A stretch of 64,000 nucleotides of DNA from Acidobacteriota bacterium (GTDB lineage: Bacteria; Acidobacteriota; UBA6911; RPQK01; JADFOI01), in the NCBI GenBank assembly GCA_963663035.1, contig OY760074.1, forward strand, positions 1,280,001 through 1,344,000. Direction: 5' to 3'. The position numbers were made by a program, and so were the translations under genes. The notes below the pieces were generated by a model that saw nothing but the letters and a program-made list of their open reading frames with translations, did not search any database and was not told the DNA's origin. Shown here in pieces: positions 56,187 through 64,000 of the stretch (positions within the stretch are counted from its first letter, which is position 1; the number at the start of each line of letters is the position of its first letter).

Positions 56187-57254
56187 TCAGCTGCTGATGT
56201 AGTAGCCCTCGCGGCAATGGACGGTCAATCCCTTTCTTGTAGTCAGCCTAATAGTTCGAAATGCTTTTTCGGAGCTTTCTCGGTTCGGGGTGTATCCGAT
56301 GCTGTATTGATGCCGAAGCTCTTCCTCAATCTTCTGGAAGATCTCTTCCAGCGACTGCTCCCCAGTCACTTCGAACATGCTGCCGCCGGTCTCGCGCGCC
56401 AAGCGCTCCAGGATTCTTTCTCCGTCAGGGAGTTGAGGCCTTCTGGGATTTCCACCCCTTCCACCGCCCGGTCCTCTCCTGCCTCCCCTCCCTCCACCTC
56501 CAGCACGACCTCCACCTCGAAATGCCATGTTCATCTCGGGATCGTAGTAGCGCACGGTGTATATGATGGAATCGTTGCGTTGGGCCGTCTCGATGGCTTG
56601 GTCCAGGTCCATGATGCTGCCGAAGTCGACTCCGTCGGAGATGACAATCATGGCTTTGCGCCCGGATTCAAACTTCAGAATCTCATCTACTGCCAGGAAG
56701 ACGGAATCGTAGAGCACCGTTCCTACTCCCGCCTGTCCTGTCCTTGTGGGGAGTTGCAGGCTCTCCAATGCGGACAGAAGTTGCATTTGCGAATTAGTCA
56801 GATTTTCCAGTAATTGGGCCTCGACGTCGAAGGACATCACAAAAGCCAGATCGCTTTCTGGGCGCAAGATGTTTTCAAGAAACTGATAGCTGGCCTGCCG
56901 TTCCTCTTCGAGGATTCGGCTCTGACTCATACTGGTGTCCACCAGTAGGCCCAACGTCAGAGGCAAGTCGGTCTCACTCGAGAAGTACTCAATTTCCTGT
57001 GGTTGACCCTCTTCCTCGAGAATAAAATCTTCTTTGGTGAGGCTGTTGACCAACCGGCCTTGCTCATCCCGCACTGTGGCCAGGATGTTCACCAAATCGA
57101 CCTCTACTTTGAAGGAGGGCCTTTCTTGAGGCCAGGCCAAAGGAAAAATCCCCAGGAGAATGGCCGACCCTACAATCTTTGACTGTATCGACAAAGTCCA
57201 GGTTTTCACTTTTGAGACTCTTTGGGTTGCACGGGAAGCCCGTGCTTTTTTCAC
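56187..57254 (-). CDS. VWA-domain protein (Acidobacteria type)
   Basis: LLVDTSMS MIDAS, GTVLYDSV, ISDGVD, LARETGG, QYSIGY. Confidence 0.88.
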   Translation of the reverse strand: MKKARASRATQRVSKVKTWTLSIQSKIVGSAILLGIFPLAWPQERPSFKVEVDLVNILATVRDEQGRLVNSLTKEDFILEEEGQPQEIEYFSSETDLPLTLGLLVDTSMSQSRILEEERQASYQFLENILRPESDLAFVMSFDVEAQLLENLTNSQMQLLSALESLQLPTRTGQAGVGTVLYDSVFLAVDEILKFESGRKAMIVISDGVDFGSIMDLDQAIETAQRNDSIIYTVRYYDPEMNMAFRGGGRAGGGGRGGRRGPGGGRGGNPRRPQLPDGERILERLARETGGSMFEVTGEQSLEEIFQKIEEELRHQYSIGYTPNRESSEKAFRTIRLTTRKGLTVHCREGYYISS

Positions 57255-57287
57255 CTCACATCTTATAGACGATGAAGATAAGTGTGG

Positions 57288-57322
57288 GTCAAGAATTGTA
57301 AACTCTTGTAAAGGTCTGTAAA
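57288..57322. promoter_or_regulatory. Four phased CpxR-type half-sites upstream of the VWA/TonB operon
   Basis: GTCAA-gaatt-GTAAA-ctctt-GTAAA-ggtct-GTAAA, exact 10-bp period. Confidence 0.72.
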
Positions 57323-57345
57323 GGGAACGGGATCTCTATTCTGGC

Positions 57346-57549
57346 TAGCCCGCATTTTTCACACCAGGTCGTCGCGAAGCGGCGGAAGGGCCGGAAAACA
57401 GAGCCGTGGGCTGTAGCCCACGGGCCCGCAGGCTAAAGCCTGCGGCTCCGACTGGCGGGCGAGGGGTACCCGCTTGCGGGTCGGGCAACGCAGTCTCAGG
57501 TCGGATCATTCCGCCGATGCAGTAGAGCGGGTGTGAGAAGTGCGGGCTA
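57346..57549 (-). mobile_element. MITE-like repeat, subfamily B
   Basis: CTAGCCCGCATTTTTCACAC ... GTGTGAGAAGTGCGGGCTAG. Confidence 0.85.
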
Positions 57550-57570
57550 GAGTGAACTGCTCCGAGATAG

Positions 57571-58563
57571 TTATTTTGAGGTTGCCAGCCACGTTTCCAA
57601 CCGTTTGAGTCCCTCTTCAACGCTGACACTGGGCTGGTAGCCCAATTCTTCACGGGCAGCGGCAATATTGAACCAATGACTGGTGGCTAGTTCTTCTGCC
57701 AAAAAGCGCGTGATGGGAGGCTCTCCCCTGAGCCTGAGAGTCCGGTAGAGGATCTCGCAAAACCAACCGGCCGCATAGGCGGAAGCAGGAGAAATGCTGC
57801 GACTGACAGTGGGGAGATGGGCAGCCTTTAAAATGCGATTGATGAAATCCCAAAGAGGAACCGGTTCCCCCTGTGAAATAAAAAACGCCTTCCCTGCGAT
57901 CGGTGAACCGGGCGACAGACGATCACCTGCCAGAAGGTGTGCCTGGGCAGCATTTTCTATATAGGTGAAGTCCACCAGCTTCCGAGTATGCCCAACTCTC
58001 CGCAGCCTGCCCTGACGTCCTCGGGCGATGATGCCAGGGACGAGGTGAGTATCCCCCGGCCCCCAGATCAGATGGGGGCGCAGGGCAACGGTTCCCAGCG
58101 TTTCACTGTTAGCAGCCAGAACCATCTTTTCGGCGGTGGCTTTGGTAGCTGGATAAGCTGCCTTGTAGTTCTCCGCATAGGGAACCCGCTCATCCACCCC
58201 TTCCAGATCGTGTCCGTCAAAAACCACACTCGGTGTGCTGGTATAAACCAGTCGCGGAATGCCAAGAGTTCGGCAGGCAGCAATGACATTCTCCGTTCCT
58301 GTGACATTGGTCCGGTAATAGGCCCTATCATCCCCCCAGATCCCTGCCTTGGCAGCGACATGGAATACAATCTGGCAATCCCGGCAAGCCTCCTGCACGG
58401 CTTCGGCGTCGGTAAGATCTCCTTGCAACACCTCCACTCCGAGCTTTTGAAGCTCAGGATAGCTTCCCCGCGAGAAGCTTCCAACAGCGTGTCCTTCCCT
58501 GAGCAGACGCTGGACGATGGCACCACCCAAGAAACCGCCGCCGCCAGTGACCAGTGCTTTCAT
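57571..58563 (-). CDS. oleD: 2-alkyl-3-oxoalkanoate reductase OleD
   Basis: TGGGGFLG, HVAAKAG.WG, YPATK, LRPHLIWGPGD; ole operon context. Confidence 0.85.
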   Translation of the reverse strand: MKALVTGGGGFLGGAIVQRLLREGHAVGSFSRGSYPELQKLGVEVLQGDLTDAEAVQEACRDCQIVFHVAAKAGIWGDDRAYYRTNVTGTENVIAACRTLGIPRLVYTSTPSVVFDGHDLEGVDERVPYAENYKAAYPATKATAEKMVLAANSETLGTVALRPHLIWGPGDTHLVPGIIARGRQGRLRRVGHTRKLVDFTYIENAAQAHLLAGDRLSPGSPIAGKAFFISQGEPVPLWDFINRILKAAHLPTVSRSISPASAYAAGWFCEILYRTLRLRGEPPITRFLAEELATSHWFNIAAAREELGYQPSVSVEEGLKRLETWLATSK

Positions 58564-60188
58564 GAGATTTTCTCAGTGGCCCACCGAGCCAGTTTTTCGC
58601 GGAAGATCTTGGCGTTGTGGCGCACATCAACCGGGAAGGAGGGGTGAAACAGCAATGTCTGGATTTCCTGGGTGTGCGGATGAGGAGCTCCCAGGTCCAG
58701 TATTTCCTGCTGGAGTTGTGGCGAGACCTTCCCCCTTTTCTGTTCTTCCTCTTCCAGTTCCACACACAGGACAGGCTTCTGCCTGGGTGGATGACCCACT
58801 CCAACCAGGGCGCTTCGATAAACCTTGGGGTGCTGATTGAAAATGCCTTCGCAGGAAACTGTAAACAGGGTTCCCTGAGGAGTGATCACCCGCTGAGACT
58901 TGCGGCCGCAGAACCAGACTTGTCCCTCCTCGTCCAGATAGCCGAGATCGCCCATGCGATGGCGGATCTCCCCATCAGGGCCCTGAATCTTGGCCAGATC
59001 ATTGGCCTCCGGCCGTCCAAAATACTCTTTCGAGACATTGGAGCCCCATACCACCAGCTCTCCGATCTCACCAGGAGACACAAGCAAGTCATCCGACCAG
59101 ATCTTGATTGGACCGTCATCGATTCCAATGAGCGACAGATGGACCCCTGGAAGGGGACCTCCAACGCACACCCCGTGACCCCGATAGGTGCTGTTCGCCT
59201 TCGACAACTCGCGGCCGGTGATTGAGCACACCGGCAAGGCCTCCGTGGCGCCGTAGGGCGTGTGGATCTCAGCACTCTCTTGCAACAGTCCGGAGAAACG
59301 GTCCAAAACCTTTGCCGCTACCGGAGCACCGGCCGATAGAACGCGCCGAAGAGAGGGCAGTTTGATGCCGTGACGCTCTCCGTAGCGGGCGACCCGGTCC
59401 AGCAAAGCCGGGGAAGCGAACATATGGGTCACGTGGTATTTTTGGATGGGAGTGATGATTTGCCGGGGATCGACTTGGGCCGGCCGGGTAAAATTCATTT
59501 CGGGAAAGACCGTGGTCATCCCCAGGGCTGGATCGAAGAGGGCAAAGAGTGGAAAAGTGGCCAGGTCGATCTCACCTGCCTCGATCTGGAAGGAATCTCG
59601 AAGAAGCGCCACCTGAGAGGCAAACATTCCATGCGTATAGACGACTCCTTTGGGAGTACCCGTGCTGCCCGAGGTAAAAACTATGGCAGCCGGATCCTCT
59701 CTCAGCGAAGGCACCGGAGCGAATCCCGGGTTGGCGCCACCCAGCTGCATCACCCGGGCAAGGGTGTATCCCCGGCAAGGCCGGAATCGCCCCACTGTAA
59801 GGCAGATTTGCACTGTCTTGCGGCCCCACCCAAAGAAGATTCGGGCCATCTGGGCCAGAGGAAGACCAATAAACGCTTCCGGCTTGGCCTCTGCCAAGCA
59901 CTTCCCCAGCTTTTGCCACCCCATGCCGGGATCGACTAAAACAAGCACCGCATTGATCTTCATGAGAGCGAAGGCCAATACCAGAAACTCGACTCCTGGA
60001 GTAACCATCATAACGGTGCGAGTACCCGGCTGAATTCCAATCTGCCGGAGGCCTTGAGCACAGCAGGTACTTCTTTCCTCCAGTTCCCCACAGGTGAGAG
60101 CGCCGCCCGGAGAGATGAGAGCCGGTTGAGAGGGTTGCTTGGCTGCCAGTTGGGAAAGATAAGCTGCAATGTTGGTAGGGCTACTCAT
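58560..60188 (-). CDS. oleC: Olefin beta-lactone synthetase OleC
   Basis: FTSGSTGTPKG, TFPLFALF, YGATEALP, PVDVRHNAKIFREKL. Confidence 0.88.
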   Translation of the reverse strand: MSSPTNIAAYLSQLAAKQPSQPALISPGGALTCGELEERSTCCAQGLRQIGIQPGTRTVMMVTPGVEFLVLAFALMKINAVLVLVDPGMGWQKLGKCLAEAKPEAFIGLPLAQMARIFFGWGRKTVQICLTVGRFRPCRGYTLARVMQLGGANPGFAPVPSLREDPAAIVFTSGSTGTPKGVVYTHGMFASQVALLRDSFQIEAGEIDLATFPLFALFDPALGMTTVFPEMNFTRPAQVDPRQIITPIQKYHVTHMFASPALLDRVARYGERHGIKLPSLRRVLSAGAPVAAKVLDRFSGLLQESAEIHTPYGATEALPVCSITGRELSKANSTYRGHGVCVGGPLPGVHLSLIGIDDGPIKIWSDDLLVSPGEIGELVVWGSNVSKEYFGRPEANDLAKIQGPDGEIRHRMGDLGYLDEEGQVWFCGRKSQRVITPQGTLFTVSCEGIFNQHPKVYRSALVGVGHPPRQKPVLCVELEEEEQKRGKVSPQLQQEILDLGAPHPHTQEIQTLLFHPSFPVDVRHNAKIFREKLARWATEKIS

Positions 60189-61078
60189 GGATGCCTCACC
60201 AGAAAGTCACGAATCAGGATTCCAACGGGCTGGGGCAATGCTTCCAGGAGATAATGACCCGCCTCTGGAAATCGATGGACCTGGGCTTTCGGAAAACGTC
60301 TGATCCACTCCCTGAGAAAATCACCGTCGAAGATGAAATCCCTTTCTCCCCAGCAGATCATCATGGGAGTCTCCTGGAACCGATAGAGATTCTCCTGGGT
60401 CTCTTGCAGCAGTGTATAGGAGGGATCAGCGGAAGTCAGGGGAATGTCCTGGACAAACCGCAGCGTAGCGATCCTGTTTTGCGGAGAGTCGTAAGGGCTC
60501 CAATAAGCACGGCGAATCTCCTTCGGCATGGGAGGCCGGCAGCCCATATAGGCGGCAATGCGCGCAAAGGCGTTGAATCTCAAGATAAGAAAAGCTGCCA
60601 CTCGAGACTTCCTGCACAGGGAAAGCGACCAGTGAAGAGCTTTTCCCGGAGGCAGTAGGAATGCCGCTGTATTGAGCACGATGAGCCGCCCAATCCTGGA
60701 TGGGTGGCGGGCAGCATAGGTCATTCCGATGGCACCGCCCCAATCGTGCATGATCAACGTGATGTTGGAGTCGATTCCGATCTGATCCAGCAGTGCCTCC
60801 AGATCAGAGACCCGCTGTTGGAGTGTATACTCATACTCCTCACTGGAGGGTTTGTCAGAAAGCCCGCAACCCATGTGATCGGGCACCACCCGGCGATAGG
60901 AGTCCCCCAGAGATCGAACCAGTTCCCGATACATGAATGACCAGCTCGGGTTTCCGTGAAGCATCACCACGGGCTGGCCCTCTCCCTCGTCCAAGTAGTG
61001 ATATCGATAGCCATTACGGTTCAAGTAATGGGATTGAAAGTTGTAGAGGTGGTTGATTTGATCCACAGAAAAGCTCAT
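60185..61078 (-). CDS. oleB: Beta-lactone decarboxylase OleB (haloalkane dehalogenase-like)
   Basis: HGNPSWSF, PDHMGCGLSDKP, HDWGG, RFVQDIP, AGHYLLE. Confidence 0.85.
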   Translation of the reverse strand: MSFSVDQINHLYNFQSHYLNRNGYRYHYLDEGEGQPVVMLHGNPSWSFMYRELVRSLGDSYRRVVPDHMGCGLSDKPSSEEYEYTLQQRVSDLEALLDQIGIDSNITLIMHDWGGAIGMTYAARHPSRIGRLIVLNTAAFLLPPGKALHWSLSLCRKSRVAAFLILRFNAFARIAAYMGCRPPMPKEIRRAYWSPYDSPQNRIATLRFVQDIPLTSADPSYTLLQETQENLYRFQETPMMICWGERDFIFDGDFLREWIRRFPKAQVHRFPEAGHYLLEALPQPVGILIRDFLVRHP

Positions 61079-61132
61079 CTGTGAGTCAGTCTTTGGGCAT
61101 AGAGGTGAGGGGGGCCACCTGGAACGAAGAGC

Positions 61133-62170
61133 TTAGTACTTAAAGGAGCCGACGACTGTACTCACACCAGCGCTTCCCATGAGCAAAAGCACCCTCATGC
61201 CTCGCACCAGCCTCCCTTCCGCCTCGGCCACGGCCATTGCCAGTGGGAGAGATGCCGCGACGGTGTTTCCAAACCGGGAGTGGGTTTCAAACACACGGCT
61301 CGGATCGAGATTCAATAGCTGCACCACTTTGGAAGTGGAGGCCACACTGACGGCATGGCCAATCACGATCTCATGCACTTTGCTGGCGATCGCCTGAGAT
61401 TCCTTAAAATGAGCCACCAGCTTTCTGACAGTAAAGGAGAGCAATTCCCCAGGAAGCGCGAAAAAGGACATGGGTTTGAGACCATCGCGGGCATTTAGGG
61501 GGGAAAAGTCTGCAGCATTGGGGAGAGGGATCTTGCACAGCCCGTGTTTGTCCCCCCAGGTCTTAAAGGAAAAAATGGAATCGTCTTCAGAACCATTGGA
61601 TTCCAAAAGGGTGGCCGTTGCGGCCTCGCCGATGGTGAAGGCCGAAAAAGCGGTTTCCATTTCCTTGATACTCTTGAACTCAAAGTTGGCGTATTCCCTG
61701 AAGCTGAATTCACAGTTCAAAATCATGACCAGCTTATAGGCCTTCTGGGCCAGGAAACTCTTGGCGATGGCCAGGCTTCGAATCCAGCTGGCACAGGCAT
61801 CCAAGACATCAAAACAGGTGGCGGATTTCAGTCCCAATTCACTTTGGAACAGGTTGGCGGTGGCCGGTTCCATCCATCCCCTGGCCACCCCGGCATAGAT
61901 GAGAAGATCCACATCCTCTGGATCGACCCCAGCCTTGTCGAGAGCTGCTTTGCCGGCTTTCACGGCGAAATCCACAGCTCTTTCTCCAATTCCCCGGTGG
62001 TAGCGGGTCACGGTTCCAGACATCTTGAAAAACTGCTTCATCCGCTCGGTGATGCGTTCCAGTTCTTCGGGAGAAAGGTGATCGCGGTTCTTTTCGATGA
62101 TCTCCTCAATCAATTTCTCGTTGGAGACCAACTTGCTGGGGAGAGCGTAGGAGATACTGAGAATTCTCAT
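61133..62170 (-). CDS. oleA: KAS III-like condensing enzyme, divergent OleA
   Basis: EPATA, FDVLDAC, GHAVS, FGNTVAASLP; first gene of the ole operon. Confidence 0.65.
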   Translation of the reverse strand: MRILSISYALPSKLVSNEKLIEEIIEKNRDHLSPEELERITERMKQFFKMSGTVTRYHRGIGERAVDFAVKAGKAALDKAGVDPEDVDLLIYAGVARGWMEPATANLFQSELGLKSATCFDVLDACASWIRSLAIAKSFLAQKAYKLVMILNCEFSFREYANFEFKSIKEMETAFSAFTIGEAATATLLESNGSEDDSIFSFKTWGDKHGLCKIPLPNAADFSPLNARDGLKPMSFFALPGELLSFTVRKLVAHFKESQAIASKVHEIVIGHAVSVASTSKVVQLLNLDPSRVFETHSRFGNTVAASLPLAMAVAEAEGRLVRGMRVLLLMGSAGVSTVVGSFKY

Positions 62171-62330
62171 TTTCTGTTTTTTGACTGTGCTTTTGCCTGG
62201 GGCATTTCCGCCACTGCAAAAGTACTCGCTCAGCTTGACCTTGTCAATAGGTCACAACTGAGACCATGCTGTATACTATCACGCCTTACTGTTAAATCAG
62301 GGGTAAAGATTTTCTCAAGGAGGAGGCAGA

Positions 62331-64000
62331 ATGAAAGACCGTTCTTTGGAACAATCCAACATCGATATCATTTCTCTCGATTTGGGAAGTTTCGTGAGCG
62401 GGGAGTTACCGGCTCAGATCATAGAGGTGGCCCGTCAAGCTCTTGACGGGAAGATCAGGGAAGGACAACTACGAGGAGGAGTCGTCTACGGATTTGGTCG
62501 AGATCTCCATATCCACGTGTCTACCTACAACGGAGACTTCCCGCCGGGTGATTCCCAGAACGGGGACCCTCTCACGGCAGTTGTCCAAACGGCCTTGGCG
62601 GCCGGCCTGGAAGCCCTGAAGGAAGCCCAGCAAATGGGCCTGGGTTCCCCTGAGGCAGAGAAAATTTCCAGCCTCCCTCCCCCAGAGCAGGCAGCAGCGC
62701 TGAACCTTCGCCGCCTGAATTACTCTTACACCGAAAGGGGTGCGGAGCCCATCTTCGTAGCCAAGGCGATCAATGGGAGCTGGGGCTTTTTTAACCGGGC
62801 CTTCTTTAACCTCTTTTTCAATCCCGACAAAGGCTCGGGACGCCGAATCGAAGGAAATGACTTTCTGGGCGTAGTTGAGTCGATCGAAGATCTGGAGAAT
62901 AACAAGCCCCAAGTGCGGACCTTCGAGTTTGGACCAGGCTATGTCAATGAAATGGTCGCTCTCATCGCCGATGCAGAGGAGTGGCGTCTGAGCCGCGTTT
63001 ATGCAGTACGGGGGAAATTCGGAGAAGGCAAGCTGTCGGATGAACCTGCTGCCGTCGTGGAGGGCAGTGTGGACCCGGTGTTCATTGGCCGATCTCAGTC
63101 CGGGCTCCCCGCTATTGGCGAATTCACACAGTCAGCGGGTGAGTTCTTCTTCGCTCCGGGTGGCGACGGCGGGCAGTACCGGGTGGGGCTCATGCCCGCT
63201 GATTTCCAAGAGGCAAGGACCATCACCTCCCTGCCCGGATCGGCGCGAGTGGTGGCCTACGCCTATCAATCCTATGACCATGGCCGCATTCCGGCGGAAG
63301 AGGATGTCGTGGATGTGTTTTCCCAAAACAGAGCGGAGACCTCCCGTGTGCAGCGGGATGCCGCAAGGTTGATCGAGCAGATGGTGAGCCATGAGAGGTT
63401 TGAACCTTACCTGAATCCCAAAGCGGCTGAGGAGTGTGCTGTCCAGGAGCTGGGCCGTCTGAAGGGTCGTTTTGAAGTCATTCCCGATGTGGACCCGCTC
63501 ATGGAAGCAGCCAACCAAAAGGCCCTCTTTACCCTGTCCGATATCAAGGCCGATAGTGGGGGCAAGGTTGGGCACACGACCCCTCCCAATCACTTCCGCG
63601 GAGTGGCTGAAGCCAGCCTGCAGGAGGCCAGAAAGCTGGGACTCATCCATGGCACCTCAGAACTCATCGAGGTTGGAGATGACGGTCACCTCCTGATGAG
63701 CCACGGGAAAGGAGCCGACAACAACGAGATCCATCTTTTCGCCTACCGCACCTTTTTCCGACAGGTCTGGGTGGCTGAGATTTTGAACTACAAGTGGTAC
63801 GGGCTGGGGCAGGACCTGGTGGGCGATGCGTCGGCCGGACGGACGACGGAAGAACTCGCCAATCTGACCGATGAGTTCATGGAGCTTCTGGAGGATACCC
63901 TGCCACCTGCGGAACTGAAGCAAATGGACCTCTTGAAAAAGGCCTACGGCGAATGGAAAAGCGGCGAGGGGCAAGGCCACAAGCCTCTTGAAGTTTTCTC
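62331..64000 (+). CDS. Tandem-domain fructose-1,6-bisphosphate aldolase/phosphatase (class V FBPase) homolog, 3'-truncated by the window
   Basis: Manual translation, open to the window end; AAGGAGGAGG RBS. Domain 1: ERGAEP, DPVFIGRSQSGLPAIGE, HERFEP. Domain 2: IKADSGGKVGH, GDDGHLLMSH, YGLGQDL. Confidence 0.8.
   Translation, partial: MKDRSLEQSNIDIISLDLGSFVSGELPAQIIEVARQALDGKIREGQLRGGVVYGFGRDLHIHVSTYNGDFPPGDSQNGDPLTAVVQTALAAGLEALKEAQQMGLGSPEAEKISSLPPPEQAAALNLRRLNYSYTERGAEPIFVAKAINGSWGFFNRAFFNLFFNPDKGSGRRIEGNDFLGVVESIEDLENNKPQVRTFEFGPGYVNEMVALIADAEEWRLSRVYAVRGKFGEGKLSDEPAAVVEGSVDPVFIGRSQSGLPAIGEFTQSAGEFFFAPGGDGGQYRVGLMPADFQEARTITSLPGSARVVAYAYQSYDHGRIPAEEDVVDVFSQNRAETSRVQRDAARLIEQMVSHERFEPYLNPKAAEECAVQELGRLKGRFEVIPDVDPLMEAANQKALFTLSDIKADSGGKVGHTTPPNHFRGVAEASLQEARKLGLIHGTSELIEVGDDGHLLMSHGKGADNNEIHLFAYRTFFRQVWVAEILNYKWYGLGQDLVGDASAGRTTEELANLTDEFMELLEDTLPPAELKQMDLLKKAYGEWKSGEGQGHKPLEVF

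Noticed and set aside
60185-61078. Haloalkane dehalogenase
   Set aside because: Coupling to oleC and oleD favours OleB.
62469-63980. Track ORFs in the last 1.6 kb
   Set aside because: They are shadows of the long + strand ORF starting at 62331.
1-64000. tRNA, rRNA, riboswitch, prophage or defence island
   Set aside because: None recognised by eye; tRNAscan-SE and Infernal were not run, so small RNAs could be missed.

Overview
Bacterial chromosomal segment, GC-rich by eye. Gene content suggests Acidobacteria (inference): VWA proteins, a TonB-like barrel, a kinase-TolB-TPR protein and many secreted proteins. It carries housekeeping genes (ssb, tsaB, mutS, cpoB, gdh), an ArnT/GT2 pair, a Cpx-like two-component locus, a phnCEE-like ABC operon lacking its binding protein, an oleABCD cluster, and many REP and MITE repeats. 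No rRNA, tRNA, CRISPR or transposase was seen. The leading candidate for a novel system is a secreted atypical kinase and a secreted PPP-type phosphatase flanked by two NTT-family (ATP/ADP translocase) transporters, one fused to HEAT and cNMP domains (16.2-24.3 kb). Other highlights: an ORF missing from the track (62331 to the window end) with tandem FBP aldolase/phosphatase domains, the first degenerate; a candidate UGA/SECIS selenoprotein; a CpxR-box regulon linking spy to a VWA/TonB operon; and a cupredoxin and an asparaginase with altered active sites. All assignments come from motif reading; no searches were run.
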